DNA of 64,000 nt, taken from an uncultured Solirubrobacteraceae bacterium. GTDB taxonomy: Bacteria > Actinomycetota > Thermoleophilia > Solirubrobacterales > Solirubrobacteraceae. The position numbers and the translations under genes are program-made. The stretch lies in assembly GCA_964588985.1 (NCBI GenBank), contig CAZPQW010000019.1, forward strand, positions 4,632 to 68,631. Reading direction: 5' to 3'. Position 1 is the stretch's first letter; every line of letters starts with the position of its first letter. The notes below the pieces were generated by a model that saw nothing but the letters and a program-made list of their open reading frames with translations, ran no database searches and was not told where the DNA came from. This document shows positions 43,201-51,169 of the stretch, piece after piece.

Positions 43201-44043
43201 GTGGGTGCGCTTTTGAAGGTCGCTGCAGTCCAGCTGAACTCCACCGCCGATCCGGCCGCCAACACCGCCGTCGCCGAGCGCCTGGTGCGCGCCGCGGCGG
43301 CCGATGGCGCACAGCTGATCGTACTCCCCGAGAAGTGGACCGCGATGGGCTCGGACGAGGAGCAGCGCGCGGCGGCTCAGCCGCTCGACGGCCCGGCGGT
43401 GACTTGGGCGCGCGCGCTCGCACGCGAGCTGAAGGTGGATCTGGTCGCCGGATCGATCTTGGAGGTCGTGTCCGGCCAGGAGAAGCTGTCGAACACCTCC
43501 GTGCACGTAGATCCGCAGGGGGAGGTCAAGGCGGTGTACCGCAAGGTGCACATGTTTGACGTGGAAGTCGGGGGCCGCGTGTATCGCGAGTCCGATCTCG
43601 AGCAGCCGGGCGATGAGATCGTGGTCTCGCAGACCGCCGACGGCGTCGAGCTGGGCATGTCGATCTGCTACGACCTGCGCTTCCCCGAGCTGTATCGGAT
43701 CCTCGCGGTGCGCGGCGCGCGCACGATCGCGCTGCCGGCGGCGTTCACGCTGGCAACCACGCGCGACCACTGGGAGGTGCTCGTGCGGGCGCGCGCGGTC
43801 GAGAACCAGGCGTTCGTGATCGCGGCCAACCAGGTGGGCGCGCACCCCGGGGGGATGCACTCGGGCGGGCGCTCGATGATCGTGGACCCGTGGGGCGTGG
43901 TGCTCGCGCAGGCCCCCGACCGCGAGAGCCACATCGTGGCCGAGCTGGACTACGAGCAGCAGAGCGAGATCCGCGGCCGTCTGCCCTCGCTCGCGAATCG
44001 CCAGCCGGGCGCGTATCGCTGGCCGCGGGAGGCGGGAGCGTGA
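43201..44043 (+). CDS. Carbon-nitrogen hydrolase (nitrilase superfamily)
   Basis: KVAAVQLNS..., EK..., YRKVHMF, SICYDLRFPE (Glu-Lys-Cys triad context). GTG 43201 follows gagg. Confidence 0.85.
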   Translation: MGALLKVAAVQLNSTADPAANTAVAERLVRAAAADGAQLIVLPEKWTAMGSDEEQRAAAQPLDGPAVTWARALARELKVDLVAGSILEVVSGQEKLSNTSVHVDPQGEVKAVYRKVHMFDVEVGGRVYRESDLEQPGDEIVVSQTADGVELGMSICYDLRFPELYRILAVRGARTIALPAAFTLATTRDHWEVLVRARAVENQAFVIAANQVGAHPGGMHSGGRSMIVDPWGVVLAQAPDRESHIVAELDYEQQSEIRGRLPSLANRQPGAYRWPREAGA

Positions 44044-44687
44044 GCGCGGGACAGCAGCCGGTGGCCGGCTCGAGGGCCGCGGACAAGCGCCGGCTGATCC
44101 TCGATGCGGCAGTGCGCGTGTTCGCCCGTCAGGGGTTCCACGCCTGTCGGGTGTCGGACATCGCGGACGAGGCGAAGGTCGCCTACGGTCTCGTCTACCA
44201 CTACTTCGGCTCCAAGGACGAGGTGCTCGACACGCTGTTCCTCGAGCGTTGGAACGTGATGCTTACGCTGATCCGTGAGGTCGACTCCGAGCCGATTCCG
44301 GTGCGCGAGAAGCTGCTGTCGATCGCGTCGTTCATCGTCGACAGCTACCGCCACGACCCCGACCTGATGAAGGTGATCATCGTGGAGGTCACGCGTGCGG
44401 CGAACTCGTTCGGGCAGACCCACATCGGGCACATCCGCGAGGCCTACGAGCTGATCGGCGAGATCGTCGTCAAGGCGCAGGCCGAGGGCGTGTTCAAGCC
44501 GGAGATCGAAGCGCGCTTCGCGGCGATGGCGTTTTACGGCGCAATCGAGCAGCTGCTCACCGGCTGGATCTTCGACCTGCTGCCGCAGGGCGAGGAGTAC
44601 TTCGAGCGCGCCAAGTGGCTCGTCGTCGAGACCGTGTGCGGGGGCCTCGAGGTCCCCACCCGCGTTGGCGACCACGGTGGGGAATAG
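44040..44687 (+). CDS. TetR family transcriptional regulator
   Basis: HTH RVSDIADEAKVAYGLVYHYFGSKDEVL. GTGA overlap with the nitrilase stop. Confidence 0.85.
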   Translation: MSAGQQPVAGSRAADKRRLILDAAVRVFARQGFHACRVSDIADEAKVAYGLVYHYFGSKDEVLDTLFLERWNVMLTLIREVDSEPIPVREKLLSIASFIVDSYRHDPDLMKVIIVEVTRAANSFGQTHIGHIREAYELIGEIVVKAQAEGVFKPEIEARFAAMAFYGAIEQLLTGWIFDLLPQGEEYFERAKWLVVETVCGGLEVPTRVGDHGGE

Positions 44688-44697
44688 ACTCACGGCC

Positions 44698-44832
44698 ATG
44701 GAGAACGAGATGGTCAAGCGACTGATGTGGTCGGGTCTGCTGGCTGGCGTGAGCGCGCTGGCGAGCGTCGCGGCCAACCGCGTCGCAGGCGTGATCTGGC
44801 GGCGCCTGTTCGACGAGGAGCCACCCGAGTGA
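44698..44832 (+). CDS. Small membrane protein (DUF4235-like), 44 aa
   Basis: Not in the ORF track. Encodes MENEMVKRLMWSGLLAGVSALASVAANRVAGVIWRRLFDEEPPE. The stop overlaps the next GTG. Confidence 0.5.
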   Translation: MENEMVKRLMWSGLLAGVSALASVAANRVAGVIWRRLFDEEPPE

Positions 44833-45290
44833 GCGAGTCTCAGCCGCCGCCCGTCGGCGAGCAGGGTGGGGCCCAGCCACCGCAGAACATCGCCGCCGCG
44901 ATCGCGGAGGTATCGGAGCGTGCGACGCTGCTCGTGCGCGAGGAGATCGAGCTCGCGAAGGCCGAGGTGAGCGAAAAGGCGACCAAGCTCGTCAAGGGCG
45001 CCGTCGTCGGCATCGCCGCGGGCGTGTTCTTCCTGACCGCGCTGATCTTTGTGCTGGTCGGCTGCGCGTGGCTGCTCTACTACTACCTACCGGTCGGCGA
45101 CTTCGCCTACTTCTGGGGTTTCTTCGCGATGGCCGCGATCCTCGTGGTGCTCGGCGTGCTCGCCGGACTGATCGCCGCCCGAGCCGTCAAAAAAGGCTCG
45201 CCGCCCGTGCCGAGCATGGCGATCGAGGAGGCGCGCAAGATTCGCGAGGCCGTCGGTCCGAACCCGAGCGCCGACGGAGGTGCGAGCTGA
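44829..45290 (+). CDS. Holin-X / phage-holin-3_6-like membrane protein
   Basis: LVREEIELAKAEVSEKATKLVKG followed by two TM helices. Confidence 0.65.
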   Translation: MSESQPPPVGEQGGAQPPQNIAAAIAEVSERATLLVREEIELAKAEVSEKATKLVKGAVVGIAAGVFFLTALIFVLVGCAWLLYYYLPVGDFAYFWGFFAMAAILVVLGVLAGLIAARAVKKGSPPVPSMAIEEARKIREAVGPNPSADGGAS

Positions 45291-45499
45291 TGCCACAACG
45301 GTCGCCCGAGGAGATCCGCAACTCGATCGAGGCCAACCGCATGGAGCTTGCGGTGTCGGTGGAGAAGCTGCGCGGCGAGGTCGTGCGCATCACCGACTGG
45401 CGCGCGCACGTGGAGCGCCACCGCAGCGAACTGACGGTCGCGGGCGCGGTCGTCGGGCTCATCATCACCCGGCGCATCCTGCGCCGTCGCCGCCGCTAG
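45290..45499 (+). CDS. DUF3618-like small protein with a C-terminal TM helix
   Basis: SPEEIRNSIEANRMELAVSVEKLR... then the TM segment AGAVVGLII. TGATG overlap with the upstream stop. Confidence 0.6.
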   Translation: MPQRSPEEIRNSIEANRMELAVSVEKLRGEVVRITDWRAHVERHRSELTVAGAVVGLIITRRILRRRRR

Positions 45500-45512
45500 C
45501 CCGACATCCGAC

Positions 45513-46376
45513 TCAGGCCAGCAGCGAGCGTGGGATCGCGCCCACGCCGATCAGCCCCGGGCCGGTGTAGGTGCCGATCACCGGCCCGACCTCCGAGGTG
45601 AACACGGGCTCCGAGTCGAAGATCTCGCGGCAGCGCTCGATCAGGCGCTGGGACTGCTCGGGCGCCTGGATGTGCTGAACCACCCATCCGTCAGCGCCCC
45701 TGTCGTGCAGCTCCTGGGCGTAGGCGACCATCCGCTCGAACGCGCGGCCGGCGGTGCGGACCCGCTCGACGGGCACGATCTCGTACTCGAGCGAGAGGAT
45801 CGGCTTGATCTTCAGCGTGCCGCCGATCCAGGCCTGCGCCTTGCCGACCCTGCCGCCGCGCTTGAGGTACTCGAGCGTGTCGAGGCAGAACCAGATCTGC
45901 AGCGCCTTGCGCGCCTCGCGCACGCGCGCCACCACCGCGTCTTTGTCAGCGCCGGCGCGGGCGGCGGCGCAGGCGGCGAGCACGAGCAGGCCCATCCCGC
46001 CACACGCGGTTTCGCCGTCGATGACCTCCACCCGCTCGCCCAGGCCGCGCTCGGCGAGCAGGCCATGAGCCTGGCGCGCGGCCTCGCACGTTCCCGAGAT
46101 CCCGCCCGCGAGGTGGATCGACACGACGTCCTGGCCGGCGTCGATCAGCGGTTCCCACACGGCCAGGAAGTCGCCGATCGACGGCTGTGACGTGGTGGGG
46201 AGTTCCGCGTCGCGGCCGAGGCGCTCGTAGAACGCGTCGAAGCCGTCCATCTCGAGCTCACGTTGGGGCTGGCTCTGCCAGCCCACGTAAAGGCTCACCT
46301 GATGCAGGCCTTCGGCCTGCGCGAGTGCGCTGGGGAGGTAGCTGGTGCTGTCGGCTGCGACCGCGACGGGAGTCAT
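45513..46376 (-). CDS. DegV family fatty-acid-binding protein
   Basis: VAVAADSTSYLP start and DegV-type length and pattern. Confidence 0.85.
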   Translation of the reverse strand: MTPVAVAADSTSYLPSALAQAEGLHQVSLYVGWQSQPQRELEMDGFDAFYERLGRDAELPTTSQPSIGDFLAVWEPLIDAGQDVVSIHLAGGISGTCEAARQAHGLLAERGLGERVEVIDGETACGGMGLLVLAACAAARAGADKDAVVARVREARKALQIWFCLDTLEYLKRGGRVGKAQAWIGGTLKIKPILSLEYEIVPVERVRTAGRAFERMVAYAQELHDRGADGWVVQHIQAPEQSQRLIERCREIFDSEPVFTSEVGPVIGTYTGPGLIGVGAIPRSLLA

Positions 46377-46389
46377 GCGGCGCGGGACG

Positions 46390-46776
46390 CTACAGCAACG
46401 TCTGCGCGAGCTCCCCCGACTCGTACATCTCGGTCACGATGTCGCAGCCCCCGACCAGCTCTCCTTCGACGAACAGCTGGGGGATGGTCGGCCACTGCGA
46501 GATGGCCGAGAGCTCCTGGCGGATGCGCGGGTCGGGGAGGATGTCGACGGCCGCGAACGGCGCGTCGAGGTCCTGCAGCATCGCGACGGTGCGAGCGGAG
46601 AAGCCGCACGCGGGCGCCTCGGGCGTGCCCTTCATGAACAGGATCACCTTGTGCGAGGAGATCGCCTCGGCGATCGCGTCGCGGATCGGGTTTGACTCCT
46701 CGGCGGAGGGTGCGGCCGGCGCCGCGGGCGCGTCGCTCAACATCGGTATCGGGTCGAACTGCGGGCTGCTGGACAT
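46390..46776 (-). CDS. Monothiol (CGFS) glutaredoxin
   Basis: ILFMKGTPEAPACGFS...WPTIPQLFV.GELVGGCDI. Confidence 0.9.
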   Translation of the reverse strand: MSSSPQFDPIPMLSDAPAAPAAPSAEESNPIRDAIAEAISSHKVILFMKGTPEAPACGFSARTVAMLQDLDAPFAAVDILPDPRIRQELSAISQWPTIPQLFVEGELVGGCDIVTEMYESGELAQTLL

Positions 46777-46792
46777 GGAGTGCTCCTGGCTC

Positions 46793-47038
46793 TCAGGGGG
46801 TCTGGATCTTGGAGGGAACCTGCGTCTTCAACGCGAGGGCGTGGATCGCGCCGCCGATCTCCGCCCCGAAGACGTCGTACACGAGGCGGTGCTGCGCGAT
46901 CCGGCTGAGGCCGTCGAAAGCCTCGGCGGTGACCGTCGCGCGGAAGTGGTCGCCGCCGCCGGTGTAGTCCTCGACTTCGGCGTGCGCGCTTGGGATGGCG
47001 GCCTCTATGCGCGCCTTTATGTCCTCTGCGGAGGGCAT
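46793..47038 (-). CDS. BolA family protein
   Basis: GGGDHF...V.S..F.G...I.QHRLVY...IHAL pattern. Start set to ATG 47038. Confidence 0.8.
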   Translation of the reverse strand: MPSAEDIKARIEAAIPSAHAEVEDYTGGGDHFRATVTAEAFDGLSRIAQHRLVYDVFGAEIGGAIHALALKTQVPSKIQTP

Positions 47039-47125
47039 CTCGCACCTAGCGTAGAGGATCGCGAGCCGCTTCCGAGCACCGCTATACTTTGGAAAGTCTT
47101 GGAGCCATCCACAGGAGCGAAGCCG

Positions 47126-47479
47126 ATGATCGACATCACCGACAAGGGTGCGGAGAAGGTGCACGAGTTCCTCGCCTCCCAGCAGGCTGACGTGAGCGTC
47201 GCGGGACTACGGGTCGGCGTACGCGGTGGCGGCTGCTCCGGCTTCCAGTACCAGCTGGCGTTCGACGAGCAGCGCGACAGCGACGTGGTGTTCGAGAGCC
47301 ACGGCCTCAAGTTGCTCGTGGACGGCGAGAGCCTGCAGTTCGTGAGCGGCTCGACGATCGACTACGAGGAGAGCCTGCAGGGCGCGGGCTTCAAGGTCAA
47401 CAACCCCAACGTGGTCGCCGCTTGCGGTTGCGGCTCATCCTTCCGTGTAGCCGAGGAGGAGCAGGTCTCCGCAGTCTGA
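47126..47479 (+). CDS. IscA/HesB-type iron-sulfur cluster insertion protein
   Basis: GGGCSGFQY and C-terminal CGCGSSF. ATG 47126 follows aggagcg. Confidence 0.9.
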   Translation: MIDITDKGAEKVHEFLASQQADVSVAGLRVGVRGGGCSGFQYQLAFDEQRDSDVVFESHGLKLLVDGESLQFVSGSTIDYEESLQGAGFKVNNPNVVAACGCGSSFRVAEEEQVSAV

Positions 47480-47640
47480 GGGCCGGATGGCGGCGCAATG
47501 CTGCGTCCTCGCTCGCTCATGTGCGTAAAGCACACTTCGCTCGCTGCGTCCTTGCCTTGCTTGCCCTCCGGCCCCTCAGACGGGCTGGGAGTGACTTTAT
47601 GTCTATCGAGATAATGTAGTTCAACATAAGACTAAATATG

Positions 47641-47669
47641 TTGACAGGCATTATTTTGCTTGACATATT
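47641..47669 (+). promoter_or_regulatory. Putative promoter ttgaca-17 nt-catatt
   Basis: AT-rich patch. The -10 ends 6-7 nt before GTG 47676, which is leaderless geometry. The inverted repeat AACATA-8 nt-TATGTT (47623-47642) abuts the -35. Confidence 0.4.
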
Positions 47670-47675
47670 TACTGA

Positions 47676-48836
47676 GTGGCGCGCTCCGAGGAGGACCTGA
47701 AGAACCCGTTCCGCTTCGGTGCGCTCGCGTTGGACGCGGCGTTCACCGACCGCGAGCGCGAGATCGAGGAGCTGAGCGCGGACATCCGCAACGGGCAGGA
47801 CGTGGTCCTGTTCGCGCCGCGCCGCTACGGCAAGTCCTCACTGATCTGGCGCGTGGCGCAGCAGCTCGTGACCGAGGACGTGCTGGTGGCGCAGGTCGAC
47901 CTGATGCGCACCCCCACGCGGGAGAAGCTCGCGGAGCGGCTCGCCAAGTCGATCCACGAGGAGATCGCCTCGCGCCTGTTTCGCACGCGCGAGCGGGTGC
48001 GCGTGTTCGCGGGCCTGCGGATCAAACCGACCGTGACCGTCGACCCGGACGACGGCTCGCTGTCGTTCAGCTTCGAAGCGCGCGCCGACCGGCAGGACAT
48101 CGACGCGACGCTCGAAGGGCTCCTCGCCCTGCCGGGGCGTCTGGCCGCGGAGCGCAGACGGTCGGTGGCGCTGGTGTTCGACGAGTTCCAGGAGGTCGTG
48201 GACATCGACCCCGGGCTGCCGAAGCTGATGCGCTCGGTCTTCCAGGAGCAGCCGGAGGTCGCCCACGTGTACCTCGGCAGCCGCCGGCACATGATGGAGC
48301 GGATCTTCAACGACGAGAACGAGCCGTTCTGGCGCAGCGCGAAGCAGGTCGAGCTCGGCCCGATCCCCGTGGATCTGTTCGCTCGCTATGCGATCGCGCG
48401 GTTCGCCGACACCGCGAAGGAGCTGGAGCAGAACACCTGCGAGCGCGTGCTCGAGCTGACGGGAGGCCATCCTTACGGCACGCAGGAGGCGCTGTACTTC
48501 CTGTGGGAGGAGACCCCCGCGGGAGGAATCGCCGAAGCGGAGCGCCTGGAGCAGGCGATCGACGCGCTGCTGCGCTCCGAGCACTCGCACTTCAGCCTGC
48601 TGTGGTCGCGGGCCGCCGCGGCGCAGCGCCGCGTGCTGCAGGCACTCTCCGCCGAGCAGCCCGGACGCCCCCTCAGCAGCGACTACCGCCTGCGCCACGC
48701 GCTGCCGTCGACCGCGACGGTGCAGACAGCCCTGAACGCGCTCGGCGCGGCGGAAGTGATCGAGCGGGTCGAGCGCGGCGAGTACCGCATCGCCGAGCCG
48801 TTCCTCGCGGAATGGATCGCGCGCAACGAGAGCTAG
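47676..48836 (+). CDS. AAA ATPase of the archaeal-ATPase (PF01637-like) type
   Basis: FTDREREIEEL...VLFAPRRYGKSSL (Walker A) and VFDEFQEV (Walker B). Confidence 0.8.
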   Translation: MARSEEDLKNPFRFGALALDAAFTDREREIEELSADIRNGQDVVLFAPRRYGKSSLIWRVAQQLVTEDVLVAQVDLMRTPTREKLAERLAKSIHEEIASRLFRTRERVRVFAGLRIKPTVTVDPDDGSLSFSFEARADRQDIDATLEGLLALPGRLAAERRRSVALVFDEFQEVVDIDPGLPKLMRSVFQEQPEVAHVYLGSRRHMMERIFNDENEPFWRSAKQVELGPIPVDLFARYAIARFADTAKELEQNTCERVLELTGGHPYGTQEALYFLWEETPAGGIAEAERLEQAIDALLRSEHSHFSLLWSRAAAAQRRVLQALSAEQPGRPLSSDYRLRHALPSTATVQTALNALGAAEVIERVERGEYRIAEPFLAEWIARNES

Positions 48837-49270
48837 CGCGCTCTCGTCGACCGTCGCCCCGCAATCACACGGACCGTATTTTCACCGGATTGGACGGTGC
48901 GTTCTCGGGCTTAAGCTGGACGGCCAGCCGACCAATTGTGGCCGTTTGCAGGAATAACGAGGGTTGACTACAGTGTCCCGCCTGTGGTACCGTCGCCGGG
49001 ACATGATGTCAAGCGTCGCACGGGGAATGGAACGCCCAGACCTCCGAAACCAAGCGATCCGCCTTCGGTGGGTTGGGATCGGAGTGTCCAGACGCGGCTT
49101 CAGGCTTGACCTTGACGCAGGCGATGTTTTCTGCCAAGGTCGGGCACACAGCACCATTGACATTAGTTCTGTCGATGGCTACGACTGGCTCGGGACGTCT
49201 CTGTCCTGAGGAGGGGACATAAAGGGTCGGTCGATCTAACCCTAGAGGGAATCAAAGGAGCGGTGGATAG

Positions 49271-50044
49271 ATGACACGCATCAAGATCATGGGGCTCAGC
49301 CTCGTCGCGGTGTTCGCGATGGCCGCGATGGCCGCATCGAGCGCGTCGGCCACGCCGACGTTCTACGAATGTGCGAAGGCAGCCAAGGTAGGCAAATTCT
49401 ACACTGGCAAATACAACGACAAAAACTGCACCGAAGTCAACGGCAAATCCGAAGGTAAATACGAACTCAAAGAAGGCGTTGGCAAAGGCAAGGTCTTCAA
49501 GGGCAAGGGCGCAGCCGCCGTTCTGCACACGCCCGCCGTCGGTGGAGAAGTGACCTGCAAAGGCAGCAAGGACGAAGGTAAGAACACTCTGACGGGCCAG
49601 AAGGAAGTCAAAGTGACCTTCACCGGCTGCGCCAGCCTCGGTAAAACCTGCAACTCCGTAGGCGCGAAATCAGGCGAAATCAAAACCAACCCGCTGGCCG
49701 GCACGCTCGGCTACATCTCCGCGACTGGCCCCAAAGTGGGCGTCAGCCTCACGGGTGAAGCTGGCAAACCGTCCGCTGAATTCGCATGTGGAACGGGCGC
49801 AGGCTCGCTGAACATCGTCACCACCGGCGCCGTCATCGGCGAAATCACGGGTGACATCAACAAAATCTCGAAGGAAGCAACCGACGCGTTCACTGTCACG
49901 GGCGAAGGTTTCCAGACGGTGACCAGCTTCGAAGGTGGACCGCTGGAAGTCCTCGAGACGAGCATCAACGGTTCGCCTAACTTCGAATCAGGCGAGCAGA
50001 CGACGACCCTGAACAAGGGCGAAGCACTCGAGATCAAAGCGTAG
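49271..50044 (+). CDS. Secreted six-Cys protein, paralogue 1 (unknown family)
   Basis: Signal peptide ending SASA-TP and an aaggag RBS. About 55-60% identity to 50182..50970 by hand alignment. Strong GAA/AAA codon bias. Confidence 0.75.
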   Translation: MTRIKIMGLSLVAVFAMAAMAASSASATPTFYECAKAAKVGKFYTGKYNDKNCTEVNGKSEGKYELKEGVGKGKVFKGKGAAAVLHTPAVGGEVTCKGSKDEGKNTLTGQKEVKVTFTGCASLGKTCNSVGAKSGEIKTNPLAGTLGYISATGPKVGVSLTGEAGKPSAEFACGTGAGSLNIVTTGAVIGEITGDINKISKEATDAFTVTGEGFQTVTSFEGGPLEVLETSINGSPNFESGEQTTTLNKGEALEIKA

Positions 50045-50094
50045 TGATCCTGCCGCCAATGCTCCGCTCTGGAGCAGGCAGCTAGGTGAGTTGG

Positions 50095-50126
50095 CTTGTG
50101 GGGCTCCATTCGTGGAGCCCCACAAG
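50095..50126 (+). terminator. Hairpin terminator candidate (14-bp perfect stem, TTCG loop)
   Basis: cttgtggggctcca-ttcg-tggagccccacaag followed by tcttt, about 50 nt after the paralogue-1 stop. Confidence 0.65.
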
Positions 50127-50181
50127 TCTTTAAGCAGCAGCTCGGCACGCAATCAGCGGGTTCGGGTATGGGCACCCTGTT

Positions 50182-50970
50182 GTGTGGGCAACTCAAGGGG
50201 AGGGCATACAGATGCGACGGATGAGGATCGTCGGGCTCAGCACGCTCGCAGCACTGGCAGTGGCCGCGATAGTGGCCGCGGGTGCATCGGCCGCGCCGAC
50301 GTACTACGAATGCGCGAAAACGGCCAAAGGGGTTGGCAAATACCTGGTCGGCTGCACCGAAGAAGCCGCGGAAGGGGCGGGCACGTACGAAATCCAGGAA
50401 GGGATCGGCAAAGGCAAAGCGTTCAAAGGCAAAGGCGGAGCGCTGATCTTCCACATCCCGGCGAACGGCGGCGAATTCACGTGCAAAGCAAGCACCGAAG
50501 AAGGTCACTACACGGTCACCGGCCAGGAAAAAGTCAAAATCACGATCACCGGCTGCGAGATCCTCGGCAAAACCTGCCAGACGGCTGGTGCCAAATTGGG
50601 CGAAGTCAAAACGAACTCGCTCTCGGGATCCCTTGGCTATATCTCCGCCGTTGGGCCCAAAATAGGTATCGCCCTAGCCGGTGAAGAAGGTACCCCGTGG
50701 GCCGTATTCGAATGCGGGAGCGGTGCCGGGACACTGCACTTCGTCGTCACGAGTGCTGTCATCGGCGAACTCACCGGCGACGTCAACCACTTCGGCAAAG
50801 AAGTCACGAAGGCGTACACCGTGACCGGTGGAGGCTTTCAGACGGTCGCACGGTTCGAAGGTGGCCCGCTGCAGGTTCTCGAATACTCCATCAACGAATC
50901 GATCGTGACCGAAATGGGTATCGCGACCACGACGGCCGCGAAAGGCGAAAACCTGGAGATCAAAGCCTAG
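50182..50970 (+). CDS. Secreted six-Cys protein, paralogue 2 (unknown family)
   Basis: Signal peptide ending ASA-AP and a ggggaggg RBS. Collinear with paralogue 1, including all six Cys and the C-terminal LEIKA. Confidence 0.75.
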   Translation: MWATQGEGIQMRRMRIVGLSTLAALAVAAIVAAGASAAPTYYECAKTAKGVGKYLVGCTEEAAEGAGTYEIQEGIGKGKAFKGKGGALIFHIPANGGEFTCKASTEEGHYTVTGQEKVKITITGCEILGKTCQTAGAKLGEVKTNSLSGSLGYISAVGPKIGIALAGEEGTPWAVFECGSGAGTLHFVVTSAVIGELTGDVNHFGKEVTKAYTVTGGGFQTVARFEGGPLQVLEYSINESIVTEMGIATTTAAKGENLEIKA

Positions 50971-51013
50971 GAGATCGCCTCGACGCGTGCCATAGGGGGC
51001 GCGGGGTCGGGCG

Positions 51014-51059
51014 ACGCGGCATGTGGAGATCGTGATGCCAGGTCCTCCACATGCCGCGT
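51014..51059 (+). other. 15-bp perfect inverted repeat with a 16-nt loop
   Basis: acgcggcatgtggag (51014-51028) pairs with ctccacatgccgcgt (51045-51059). There is no U-tract. It lies between paralogue 2 and the large NHL gene. Confidence 0.5.
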
Positions 51060-51169
51060 GCGCTCAGACGCCGATCGGCCGTTTGCGATGGCGAACAGAG
51101 ACGCGATGGTTCTCCCTTGACAAGCGGCAAGCGGGCACTAGACTGCCTGCAGGGATGAGGGAGACGACG

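Noticed and set aside
46390-47479. Grx-BolA-IscA arrangement as something novel
   Set aside because: Monothiol glutaredoxin, BolA and A-type carrier proteins are well-known functional partners in Fe-S cluster trafficking. The adjacency is expected rather than unusual.
47676-48836. AAA ATPase as part of the secreted-protein cluster or as a defence ATPase
   Set aside because: It uses host-like GAG/AAG codons, is separated from the cluster by 434 nt, and has no nuclease or effector partner. The link would rest on adjacency only.
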